From NCBI GenBank assembly GCA_012839815.1, contig DUMQ01000098.1, positions 376 to 64,375 on the forward strand: a DNA stretch of 64,000 nucleotides, in the 5' to 3' direction. Below the pieces are notes generated by a model. The model was not told the DNA's origin. It did no database searches and was given only the letters and a program-made list of their open reading frames with translations. A program made the position numbers and the translations under genes. This document shows, piece by piece, positions 20,480 to 29,959 of this stretch (position 1 is its first letter; each line of letters begins with the position of its first letter). The stretch is from Bacillota bacterium. Lineage in GTDB: Bacteria; Bacillota; SHA-98; Ch115; JABLXJ01.

Positions 20480-21277
20480 ATGCGGAAAGGGTTTCAGACG
20501 CGGGGGGTGGGACTTATGCGCGAGGTGGAGTACATAAAACACATAAAAGTTGAGCGCATGATACCTGCGGGGCGCATAGGGTTAAGATGGCTGGTGTTGC
20601 TCGTCGTTTGGGTGGGATGCATGGGGGCCGTGGCCCCGGGGGCTTCGATCGCAGGACTGGGGCCGGCGTGGGGGCCCGGTGTGGCTTGGGCTGCCTCACA
20701 GGCGGATAGTGCCAAAGCCGCTCAACCGGTCGAGGTGACGGCGAGCGGCAGCATGGAGTATGATGCCCAAAAGAAGATAACCAGGGCTAGCGGCAACGTA
20801 ATTGTAAAATACAAGACGTTTATATTATCCGGCGACTCCGTGGTATTTGAGGAGGGCCCGATGAAGGCCAGCATCCAGGGAAACGCTAGATTCCAGGATA
20901 CGGCCCCGGAGTCTGGCGCTACGATGACGGCCCAGAATATTGTGGCCTTGCTCAAGGATAAAAGGGTGACAGCTATGGGCAGGGTGAATCTCAAGCGCGG
21001 GGAGATGCTCCTTACGGCAGATAAGGTCGATGGTTACCTTAATGAGGATAGGGCCGTTGCCGAGGGGAACGTGAGGATCGTGCAGGAGGATCTTGTAGCG
21101 ACCGGGGATTTTGTTACATATCTGGATAAGGAGAAGAAGGCAGTTATCTCGGGTCACGCTCGCGTCGAGAGCGACGGCAGGGTGTTCACGGGCGGGAAGA
21201 TAACGGTGCTCATGGACGAGAAGCGCGTTATCGGCAGCGAGGGGACGCGGCTTGTCATACCCGTGAAGGAAGAGTAG
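20480..21277 (+). CDS. lptA: LptA/OstA-like periplasmic protein (copy 2)
   Basis: Signal peptide (AWA), ASGNV, LTADKV, AEGNV; directly upstream of lptB. Confidence 0.75.
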   Translation: MRKGFQTRGVGLMREVEYIKHIKVERMIPAGRIGLRWLVLLVVWVGCMGAVAPGASIAGLGPAWGPGVAWAASQADSAKAAQPVEVTASGSMEYDAQKKITRASGNVIVKYKTFILSGDSVVFEEGPMKASIQGNARFQDTAPESGATMTAQNIVALLKDKRVTAMGRVNLKRGEMLLTADKVDGYLNEDRAVAEGNVRIVQEDLVATGDFVTYLDKEKKAVISGHARVESDGRVFTGGKITVLMDEKRVIGSEGTRLVIPVKEE

Positions 21278-21377
21278 AAATCCAGGTAGAAATATGAAGC
21301 CGTAAGCTTTATTTACAAGCTTTATAAGGCGGCAAGCTTGCAGAAATATAAAGCAGCAGGCTTGAGGAAGGACACCG

Positions 21378-22097
21378 ATGGGAATCATCGTTGAAAACCT
21401 CGTGAAAGTCTATGGCAGGAGGCGCGTGGTTGACGGCGTGAGCCTCGAGGTGAATGAGGGTGAGGTTGTCGGGCTCCTGGGCCCGAATGGCGCCGGCAAG
21501 ACCACGACCTTCTATATGATTGTCGGCCTTGAGGCTGTTACAGGCGGGAGGATCCTGCTCGGGAAGCGCGACATTACGGGGCTGCCCATACACGTGCGGG
21601 CGAGGCTGGGCATCGGGTACCTGGCCCAGGAGCCGTCTATATTCCGGCGCCTCACGGTCGAACAGAACATCCTCGCTATTCTCGAGTTGATGGGCATGAC
21701 ACAAGAAGAGCGCCTCGAGCGCCTGGAGGAGCTCCTTGTCAAGCTGGATATTGTCCATCTACGGAAGCAGGCGGGCTACATGCTTTCAGGCGGGGAGAGG
21801 CGGCGCGTCGAGATTGCCAGGACCCTCGCGGCCTCGCCGTCTTTTATTCTTTTAGATGAGCCTTTCACGGGGGTGGACCCAATAGCGGTAGCTGATATCC
21901 AGGGCCTCATCGCCCGCTTCCGCGACGAGGGACTGGGCATTCTCATCACGGACCATAGCGTCCGTGAGACCCTTGCCATTGTAGATAGGGCGTATATTAT
22001 GCACCAGGGAAGGATTCTGGTCTCGGGGGACGCAGGCATGGTTGCGCGTGACCCTATTGCGAGGAAATTCTACCTCGGGGAGAGGTTCAGCCTGTGA
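21378..22097 (+). CDS. lptB: LPS export ABC ATPase
   Basis: [54 protein letters not shown]. Confidence 0.96.
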   Translation: MGIIVENLVKVYGRRRVVDGVSLEVNEGEVVGLLGPNGAGKTTTFYMIVGLEAVTGGRILLGKRDITGLPIHVRARLGIGYLAQEPSIFRRLTVEQNILAILELMGMTQEERLERLEELLVKLDIVHLRKQAGYMLSGGERRRVEIARTLAASPSFILLDEPFTGVDPIAVADIQGLIARFRDEGLGILITDHSVRETLAIVDRAYIMHQGRILVSGDAGMVARDPIARKFYLGERFSL

Positions 22098-23173
22098 GAA
22101 CGCTCAACCGTTACATACTTCGTGAACTGATCGAGCCATTTATCTTTGGGGTTGCGGCGTTTACGAGCATCTTCATCGCCGGCGACCTCCTCTTTTCCAT
22201 TGCTCGGCTTCTCGCTGACGGGACGATAAGCGTGAACTGTGCCATCCAGCTTTTCGTCCTGGGGATACCGAGGATTGTTGTCATTACATTCCCTATGTCC
22301 GTGCTTCTCGGAACACTGTTATGCTTCGGGAGGCTTTCGGATTCCAGCGAGATCGTGGCGATGCGGGCCGCAGGTGTGAGCACGCGAAGCATCATCGCGC
22401 CGGCCATCTTGCTTGCCGTTGTGATGAGCCTCTTTACAGTCTTTTTGAATGAGACCATCGTGCCAGCGTCCAATCAGGCCTCCCAGGACATTCTCTGGAG
22501 TGTGACGAATCGGGGGAAGCCCCTTACGGAGAAGGATATCGTCATCAAGACGTTCAGGGACGGGCGGCTGGACAGGCTGGTGTATGCCGAGGAGTTTGAC
22601 GCGGATAAGAAGGAGCTGACCAACGTCACGGTACAGGATTTCAGGAACGGCAAGCTTGTGCGGGTGACAAACGCTCCAAAGGCGATCTGGGACCGGAATA
22701 GATGGTGGTTTATGAACGGGGCCATGTATGACATCGTCGACGGGAACCGGATGGTCTCCGTTACGTTTAAGACTCATGAGAGCCTTATAGCTCAGGCGCC
22801 CGAAGAGATCGCCCGCAGGCAGAAGACCCCGCAGGAGATGGGGATAAGCGAGCTCAGGGCGTATATCAGGATGTTGCGGGAACAGGGCCAGAATGTTTCG
22901 GCACTCCTGGTGGAGCTCTACCTGAAGCTCGCCATTCCCTTCGCGAGCCTGGTATTCGCCCTGGTCGGTGCCCCTCTTGGGATACGGACGAGGAGATCGT
23001 CATCATCGCTTGGCTTTGGGACGAGTATAATCCTAATCTTTATATATTATGTTATAATGAGCATGGGGACAGCCTTCGGACAGCGCGGTAGTGTGCCACC
23101 GTTTATTGGCGCATGGTCGCAGAATTTTATTTTCGGAGGCATAGGCCTCTGGATGGTGCTGCGGAGCGACTAA
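22094..23173 (+). CDS. LPS export permease LptF/LptG (single gene)
   Basis: [38 protein letters not shown]; 3+3 TM layout; coupled to lptB. Confidence 0.92.
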   Translation: MRTLNRYILRELIEPFIFGVAAFTSIFIAGDLLFSIARLLADGTISVNCAIQLFVLGIPRIVVITFPMSVLLGTLLCFGRLSDSSEIVAMRAAGVSTRSIIAPAILLAVVMSLFTVFLNETIVPASNQASQDILWSVTNRGKPLTEKDIVIKTFRDGRLDRLVYAEEFDADKKELTNVTVQDFRNGKLVRVTNAPKAIWDRNRWWFMNGAMYDIVDGNRMVSVTFKTHESLIAQAPEEIARRQKTPQEMGISELRAYIRMLREQGQNVSALLVELYLKLAIPFASLVFALVGAPLGIRTRRSSSSLGFGTSIILIFIYYVIMSMGTAFGQRGSVPPFIGAWSQNFIFGGIGLWMVLRSD

Positions 23174-23358
23174 TAGCGGTAATAGCGGCTAATTGACGGT
23201 CCTGGCTGGCCTCGGGTGAGCATGGAGGTCGCCAGGCGAGCAGGCCGGGCTGGCAGGCAGGCCGATGGGCAAATTAGTACGCAGCCAGGCAGGCAGGTAG
23301 GTAAGCCCCCAGGCGGGGGCGGGCGGATGAGTGGAGTGGGAGTAGGAGTGGTTGTTGA

Positions 23359-24915
23359 ATGTATGGACTGACGCTGGTCCTCGCCCTTATAATCACGGGC
23401 GGGGTCATAGCTTACGTAGGGGATCATATCGGACGAAAGGTCGGGCGTCGCAGGCTGAGCATGTTTGGTCTCCGCCCAAAGTATACCTCGATAATTATCA
23501 CGATCATAACGGGTATCGCCGTTTCAACAACCACGCTCGTTGTGCTGAGCATCGCGTCCGAGGATGTAAGGACCGCGCTGTTTCACATGCACGAGATCCA
23601 GGCCGCGCTCGCCACATCCCAGAAAAACCTCGACCTCGCCGAACTGAGATTGAAGCAGCAGCAAAAGGAGCTCGATGAGAAGGCAAAGCTTGCAGATGAG
23701 CTGGCCGGGCGCATAAATACCCTCACCAGCAGGATAGACCAGCTCACGGCCGAGACCAAGGTGAAGGCCCAGGAGTTGAATGTCTTGACCGCGCGGAACG
23801 CCTCACTAAAGAATGAGCTCGAGGTCGTGATTCAAAAGAGGCGCCAGGCCGAGGCCGACCTCGCGGTCGTGCGGGGAGAGCTCGCCACGTTGAGACAGGA
23901 ATACCAGCGGATAAGCCAGCAATACGAGGCTACAAGGGGACATTACGAGGAAGCCAAGGTAAAGCTTGCGAGCGCCAGCGAGGAAATCAGGCGGCTCGAG
24001 GAGCAGGAAGCCAGGCTCCAGCTGACCATAAAAGGGCTCGAGCAGGAGAAGAAACGGCTAGAGGACGAGACCCTGAGCCTTGAGACGCGGATCCAGGATC
24101 TTACCCAGGGTGCAAACGCCCTGTATTCCTACCTGCAAGGTATGTCCCATTACCTGCAGGGCCTTTCATTGAGCGACCTGACCTACAGGGCGGATGAGAT
24201 TATTCTCTCCACCGTCATCCAGGGCGGCAGGCCACTGGATGAGGTGCAAAGCGACGTGGTTGCCTTCCTGGTCAAGGCCAACCAGCTGGCCCTCGAGAAG
24301 GGCGCGAAGATAGAGGGGAGCAATACCGACGCCATAATCTGGTTTTCGGATAACCTGCAGAATACTTATGAGCAGATTCGTGCGGCCAGGGGCAAGGTTG
24401 TCGTGAGGCTTGTATCAGCCACCAACGCCATGGTCGGGCAGCCGGTATACGCCTACCTGCAGGTATTTGAGAATAAGCGGATATTCCAGAAGGGCGAGGT
24501 CATAGCCAAGAAGACGATAGATGGATCGCTGGGGCCTGACAAGGTGGAGGACGAGATGATGTCGCTCCTGGTGGAGGTCAACGCGGTGGCGATCAAGAAA
24601 GGGATGGTGTCGGACGCCGAGGGTAGGGTCGGTAAGGTGGCGGATTACGCGCAATTCAGAGCCGCCAAGTCCGAGATACTCAACGCCAAGGGTCCTGTGG
24701 AGGTGTCGGCTGTGGCGGCCCAGGATACCTGGAACACAGAGGGCCCCCTCCAGGTGCAGCTTTACGTGTTGCCGGCCAGGGCGTCCAAGGCCGACGGCAC
24801 CCAGCCGGGAGGGGTGGAGGCGCCTGGGAGAGCCGGTGGCCCGAGCCAGGCAGGTGGAAATGAGATTGGTAATGAGACTCGCAGTGGGAGCAGCGGGACA
24901 GGGACTGGTAAATAA
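23359..24915 (+). CDS. DUF3084 family coiled-coil membrane protein
   Basis: GGVIAYVGDHIGRKVGRRRLSMFGLRPKYT, then long coiled coil and C-terminal domains; follows lptF/G. Confidence 0.85.
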   Translation: MYGLTLVLALIITGGVIAYVGDHIGRKVGRRRLSMFGLRPKYTSIIITIITGIAVSTTTLVVLSIASEDVRTALFHMHEIQAALATSQKNLDLAELRLKQQQKELDEKAKLADELAGRINTLTSRIDQLTAETKVKAQELNVLTARNASLKNELEVVIQKRRQAEADLAVVRGELATLRQEYQRISQQYEATRGHYEEAKVKLASASEEIRRLEEQEARLQLTIKGLEQEKKRLEDETLSLETRIQDLTQGANALYSYLQGMSHYLQGLSLSDLTYRADEIILSTVIQGGRPLDEVQSDVVAFLVKANQLALEKGAKIEGSNTDAIIWFSDNLQNTYEQIRAARGKVVVRLVSATNAMVGQPVYAYLQVFENKRIFQKGEVIAKKTIDGSLGPDKVEDEMMSLLVEVNAVAIKKGMVSDAEGRVGKVADYAQFRAAKSEILNAKGPVEVSAVAAQDTWNTEGPLQVQLYVLPARASKADGTQPGGVEAPGRAGGPSQAGGNEIGNETRSGSSGTGTGK

Positions 24916-24955
24916 ATAGCCGCTGATTAAATGGCCACTAATGAGGGATCCGGGG

Positions 24956-24979
24956 ACCGGGGAGGTACCCCGGTTTTTT
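24956..24979 (+). terminator. Rho-independent terminator
   Basis: ACCGGGG-aggta-CCCCGGT followed by T-run. Confidence 0.75.
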
Positions 24980-25383
24980 AGTACCGGTTTTTGGTGCGCG
25001 CAAGATCGGCTGCACATTGCCCCCTTTCGACAATCGCATGGGGCGCCTCGCATCTCTTCTCTCCGCCCGGTGGACGCGGCCAGGGAGGTAGGCCGTTTCG
25101 CTGTGCGCTGATTTGGAGACTGCGGATGCGGCTTGACCGGTGTATAGCTATATGGCTTTATAATATAGCTCTATATAGCCGGTCTATGGTTAGCCGGTCC
25201 ATGGCTGGTAAGTACCGGTAGCGAGCGAGCATGAATAAGGAATAACAAGATTATTCGTGAAAAGATGAATAAATACATAGTATATCCGGCTGGTGCGAGA
25301 AAAAGGCCTGGATGGCGGTGGTAAAAGGTTTTCTAGCACGTTGTAAACATCTTGTAAAAACCAAAAAACTCTGTTTTTATTGG

Positions 25384-25408
25384 AGGAATTTTGGCGTCTA
25401 TGGAGAAA
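25384..25408 (+). promoter_or_regulatory. SigH-like promoter upstream of ompM
   Basis: AGGA-N17-GAAA. Confidence 0.4.
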
Positions 25409-25672
25409 TAGCGTAAAGAAGGCTTGTACTCCCAGGAATATTTGCCAGAAGTATATATGATATGCCGGGAGCATGATATACGGAGCCTGTACCCGTCCAC
25501 GAGGCAGCGACCGGGAGGAGGTGAGATCCCCTAATTCGCAGAGGCCGCGTGGGCGTCCCGATAAAAGCGCTGAGACACGGGTGTGTGTAGCGAGGGAACC
25601 AGGAGGCTCGCTATGTCACCAGTGGACGCGCAGCTATTTTAGCGAGTATGCTTGAAAAGGGGGATTCAGGCG

Positions 25673-28480
25673 ATGAGAAGGCATACGCATTTCATCCTCA
25701 CTGCTGTCCTGGTGCTTGCCCTTGCAGCTCCAGCGATGGCGAGTCCGTTTGCGGATGTCCCAGCGTACCACTGGGCGTATGATGCGGTAAACCAGCTGGC
25801 TGCGTACGGCCTGATTCAGGGCTTCCCGGATGGGACGTTCAAGGGCGACCAGCCTATGACCCGGTATCAGATGGCCATGGTGGTGGCGAGGCTGCTCGTG
25901 CAGCTCGACTCGCAAATCAAGTCCGAGATAGAGTCGGCAAAGGCCAGCATGAAGGCTGAACAGCCGGCTGCGGAGGCCAGCGGCCAGCCCGTGCTCGAGA
26001 AGATCGTCGAGCAGAAGGTGCTCGATACGGCCCAGGCCAAGGCGCTCGCGGAGCGGGCTGACGCGGTCGAAGGACAGGTGAAGGAACTGGGCGCTCAGGT
26101 ATCCACGCTGGGCTCGAAGCTCGATGAGGTTACATCCCAGGCTGGTGCCGCGGCCAAGGTAGATGAGCTCGCCGCGAAGGTTGAAGCGGGCCAGGCTGCT
26201 ATGGATGAGAAGATCGACTCCATGGGCGCCAAGCTCGATGAGGTGGCCTCGAAGGTCGACGTGGTCGACGCGAAGGCTGATACCATAGATGCCAAGGTCG
26301 CAGTCGTCGACGATAAGGTGGCCGAGGTCGATGCTAAGGCCGAGGCGATCAAGAAGGCTGCCGAGGATAAGGCCCTCGAACTGATATCGATGATCGATGC
26401 CCTCAAGGATGAGTTCGCAAAGGAGCTAGATATCCTCGGCGTGCGCACGGGGGCCCTGGACGACCAGCTCGCACAGGTCAACGCCAGGATCGCCGGTCTT
26501 GAGTCCAGGGTCGCGGAGATCGATGCGAAGCTCGCCGAGGTTGATGCCAAGGTCGGCGAGGTCGCAGGCCAGGTTGCTGAGGTCGGCACGAAGCTCGACA
26601 GCCACATCGCCGGCCACGAGAAGGTTACCATCTCGGGGAGCAGCGAGTTGAAGTATGTGAATGTCACGGTCACCGGCAATAAGGCAGTTGCATGGGAGGA
26701 TCCCAACGATATCTTCGCCGATGATGCGGCGGACATTCACCCCGCCGATGCGGGCAAGTTCGAGTCGAAGGCGTACAACCAGCTCAATCTCAATCTCAAG
26801 GCCAACAGCGCGCGCGGCGTCTCCGTGGACGCATCGGTATCCGTGGAGAACCAATTCACGAACGTTTTTGAGCTCGCTGATTTCACCCTCGATGTGAAGA
26901 CTCCGGACGTCGTCCGCCATATCTACGTGGGCGACGTGAAGCTTCCCGAGGGGACCTTCACGCCTTACACCCTTACCGGCGACCAGCTCGTCGATGAGGA
27001 CGGCGAGGCCAAGTACAACGGCGCCTATGCGGAGCTTGCATATGGCGGCCTGACCTCGACGATCCTGGCCCTGAGGCTGCAGGCGGCGGATCCGGGAGAT
27101 AATACTGATCCTAATAATCCGGTCCCTGGTAAATATGATCGCTATGCGATTGCCGCCGATGCGAAGATTGCGCTCAACCCGAGCCTCAAGGTCGGCGCAA
27201 CTTACGTGAAGGCGTTTGATGATGAACGCGCGGTGGAATTCGCTGTTCGCCCGGAGCTGGAGCTCCAGAGCGACGCGGTCGGCAGCGTGAACGCCCAGTT
27301 GACTCTTGCCCCGGGCTGGACTGTTGCGACCGAGGTCGCCAAGCGGACCCAGAGCAAGGACGAGAATGGTTCGGTCAAGGAAGTCACCGGTAGCGCCCTC
27401 GTCCTGGATGCGACGGGCAAGGTCGGCCCGGTCGAGCTCACCGCAGGCATCAAGCGCGTCGAGGATGAGTTCGCGCCCCTGGATGGCTTCGCGCTGATCA
27501 ACACCGATCCGGACAACGGCGGTATCGAGACCAACGTAAAGAGTTACAGCCTCGGCGCGAAGCTGCCCATCGATGCCTTCGGCGGGAAGCTGACCCTGGC
27601 CGGCGGCTACAAGCTCTCGGGTAATGCCAGTGCAGATGGGGACTGGAATACGGCGAAGAGCAGCAACAAGACAGGCAGCGTCGAGTACGCGACGAAGTTC
27701 GCGGGCCTGGATGTGACGGCCAAGGCCGGTGTCGACAGCACCTACTACGAGATCGATGAGACGTATGATCCCAAGACGGACGTCTTCAAACTCAACACGG
27801 GTGTGGAGGTTGGACTCGCGCCCTTCAAGCTGACCTACGATGTGACCAACGCCAAGATCAACCCGAGCGAGGCGGGCACCGAGGACTTCTACCGCGAGGT
27901 GGCCCTTGGCCTCGAGGCCAGCCACAAGGTAGGCGAGAATGTCACGCTCACTGCGGGATATGACTATGACAAGCGGGAGAAGAAGATTTCCGGTAAGGAC
28001 TATCTTGTCGCCCCCGATGTTGACGATCCCGCAGCCGAGAAAGAGGAGTCAACCTTCAAGGCCGGCGTGGACGTGGCGTTCAACCTCAACGCCAACATCA
28101 AGGTCGGCGGCGGCTACAACTACGAGGTCACCAACGACCTGTTGAACGACTTCCGCAAGGTCTACAAGAGCATCCTGAAGGGCAACTTCGAGGGCAAGCT
28201 GAGCGAGAAGGCCACCCTGTCGGGCGATGTGGGGATCTACAAGCTCGATAGGCAGGATTCGGCCGATAAGAATTCTGATATCGACGTGGCGTTAATGGGA
28301 TACGTCCCGATGACGAACGTGATCGGGAACCTCAACTACAGCTATGCTCTGACTTCCAATACGACGCTGAACCTGGGCTACGGTGTCGTGAAGTCGGATT
28401 GCAATACCGATGATCCTGACGACACGACCAAGGACTACACGGCGACCACGCTCAGCGCAGGCCTGAAGGTGACCTTCTAG
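25673..28480 (+). CDS. ompM: OmpM/SlpA-like outer-membrane tether: signal peptide, SLH, long coiled coil, large beta-barrel
   Basis: AMA signal site; PFADVPAYHWAY...GFPDGTFKGDQPMTRYQMA SLH; heptad stalk; terminal LKVTF; strongly biased codon usage. Confidence 0.88.
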   Translation: MRRHTHFILTAVLVLALAAPAMASPFADVPAYHWAYDAVNQLAAYGLIQGFPDGTFKGDQPMTRYQMAMVVARLLVQLDSQIKSEIESAKASMKAEQPAAEASGQPVLEKIVEQKVLDTAQAKALAERADAVEGQVKELGAQVSTLGSKLDEVTSQAGAAAKVDELAAKVEAGQAAMDEKIDSMGAKLDEVASKVDVVDAKADTIDAKVAVVDDKVAEVDAKAEAIKKAAEDKALELISMIDALKDEFAKELDILGVRTGALDDQLAQVNARIAGLESRVAEIDAKLAEVDAKVGEVAGQVAEVGTKLDSHIAGHEKVTISGSSELKYVNVTVTGNKAVAWEDPNDIFADDAADIHPADAGKFESKAYNQLNLNLKANSARGVSVDASVSVENQFTNVFELADFTLDVKTPDVVRHIYVGDVKLPEGTFTPYTLTGDQLVDEDGEAKYNGAYAELAYGGLTSTILALRLQAADPGDNTDPNNPVPGKYDRYAIAADAKIALNPSLKVGATYVKAFDDERAVEFAVRPELELQSDAVGSVNAQLTLAPGWTVATEVAKRTQSKDENGSVKEVTGSALVLDATGKVGPVELTAGIKRVEDEFAPLDGFALINTDPDNGGIETNVKSYSLGAKLPIDAFGGKLTLAGGYKLSGNASADGDWNTAKSSNKTGSVEYATKFAGLDVTAKAGVDSTYYEIDETYDPKTDVFKLNTGVEVGLAPFKLTYDVTNAKINPSEAGTEDFYREVALGLEASHKVGENVTLTAGYDYDKREKKISGKDYLVAPDVDDPAAEKEESTFKAGVDVAFNLNANIKVGGGYNYEVTNDLLNDFRKVYKSILKGNFEGKLSEKATLSGDVGIYKLDRQDSADKNSDIDVALMGYVPMTNVIGNLNYSYALTSNTTLNLGYGVVKSDCNTDDPDDTTKDYTATTLSAGLKVTF

Positions 28481-28519
28481 GCGCCTTGCTTGCCTTGTGC
28501 GCTACGATGTAGTATGATC

Positions 28520-28556
28520 GACCCCGGGGGGTATCATCCCATCCCCCGGGGTCTTC
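28520..28556 (+). terminator. Hairpin after ompM (terminator/attenuator, weak U-tract)
   Basis: GACCCCGGGGG-N12-CCCCCGGGGTC. Confidence 0.6.
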
Positions 28557-28588
28557 ATCATCGCCCCGCCTGGAGAGGTGTTGATGTA

Positions 28589-29080
28589 GTGCTAGAGCCT
28601 ACTAAGGTTATCTCGATCGACCCGGGCCGCGAGAAGTGTGGTGTGGCCGTCGTCTCCTCTGAAGGTGAGACCATCTTGAAGACCATCGTCCCTGCCGGGC
28701 GCCTGCTGGATACGGTGCGGGACCTCGTTGCACGCCACGGCGTATCGACGATCGTGATAGGTGACCGGACGGGGTCGAGGGAGCTTGTTCGCGCCATACG
28801 GGAAATGCTGGGCACCGGGGGCACAGGCAACGGAGGCGCTGGCTCACGGGCTGATAAGGCTACCACGGCTACCGGGGCCTTGCACGCCGGTCGTGATATC
28901 GAGGTCGTGCTGGTAGACGAGCACGAGTCCAGCATGGAGGCTCGTCACCGGTACCTCCGTGATCATCCCGGGCGGGGCCTCGAACGACTGTTGCCCGTTT
29001 CCATGCGTGTCCCACGAGAGCCATATGACGATTACGTCGCCGTGATCCTCGCCGAGAGATATTTCGGCAAGATACGGTAA
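28589..29080 (+). CDS. YqgF/RuvX-like RNase H-fold nuclease
   Basis: ISIDPGREKCGVAV, IVIGD, VDEHESS, DDYVAVILAERY; GGAGAGG before GTG 28589. Confidence 0.8.
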   Translation: MLEPTKVISIDPGREKCGVAVVSSEGETILKTIVPAGRLLDTVRDLVARHGVSTIVIGDRTGSRELVRAIREMLGTGGTGNGGAGSRADKATTATGALHAGRDIEVVLVDEHESSMEARHRYLRDHPGRGLERLLPVSMRVPREPYDDYVAVILAERYFGKIR

Positions 29081-29130
29081 GCACTTGACCATCACCCGTA
29101 GCCCACCCGGTCACATTTTTACCGGCCACC

Positions 29131-29613
29131 TGGTAACGTTCTTACCAGCCTGCCCGAGTCGCCCCCATGGGTGGTAAACATTTTGCCGCCCCACGCGCCG
29201 GGCTGGCGAGATTTTTTCCACTTCGCTCACCAGAGTGGTAACCTGTCTGCCACCTGAGCGTTGAGCTGGAAAGTATCTTTCCACTTCCTATGCCGGGGTG
29301 GTAAGTATTCTTCCACTTTTCACGCTGAAGTGGTAAGCTAATTACCACCCATTCGTCGAACTGGCAAGTATCTTACCACTCCGCGCGCCAGGCTGGCAAG
29401 TTAGTTACCACCTGCTTGCTGCACTGGAAAGTATCTTGCCACTTAGCCCGATGAGATGGCAAGTTATTTATCACCTCGACGTCTATCCTGGTAACTTTCT
29501 TACCACCCAACTGTGACCCATCGATGATGGTGGTAAGAATCTTACCACCCTGCGCCGTAAAGGTGGCAACCTGCTTACCACCTCGCCTGCACGACATGGC
29601 AATTTTCTTGCCG
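29131..29613. repeat. Helically phased array of 15 palindromic 17-bp sites TGGHAA-N5-TTDCCA with unique spacers
   Basis: Sites start at 29131, 29172, 29204, 29236, 29267, 29299, 29331, 29362, 29394, 29425, 29457, 29489, 29531, 29564, 29597. Confidence 0.93.
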
Positions 29614-29740
29614 GTCGACCCCGATTCCGATCAAGGGCCGGGGTGGTCATACAGAAGTCATACAGAAGGATGGCTATATAGAAAATTGTATACATCCTGA
29701 GATTGAAGAATTTGACACCCGAAATTCTCCGATTTAGAAA

Positions 29741-29765
29741 AGGATTTTGTTGAGGATTGGAGAAA
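29741..29765 (+). promoter_or_regulatory. SigH-like promoter upstream of second SLH protein
   Basis: AAAGGATTT, AGGA-N17-GAAA. Confidence 0.4.
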
Positions 29766-29959
29766 TATATAACGAGGATAGAAGACATATTCCAAATATT
29801 CCAGGCATGAGGTATGGAGCATTATATATTATTGTATCCCGGGCTGGGTATGTATCCAGGACTAGGTGCCGGGAACTGGATCGCCAGCAATGCACCAGCG
29901 ATGTTTTAACGCTTTATGGATGTTGACTGGTTATGGGTACTGAGTGGGAAGGCGATAAA

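Noticed and set aside
26426-27925. 499-aa antisense ORF (and similar shadow ORFs throughout)
   Set aside because: Mirror of the strongly codon-biased, GC-rich sense gene; no motifs.
29131-29613. CRISPR array interpretation of the phased repeats
   Set aside because: Repeats are only 17 bp with a variable centre, spacers are mostly 14-16 bp, and there are no cas genes in the window.
29142-29788. Short minus-strand ORFs over the array
   Set aside because: Repeat periods are mostly not multiples of 3 and the translations show no coherent protein.
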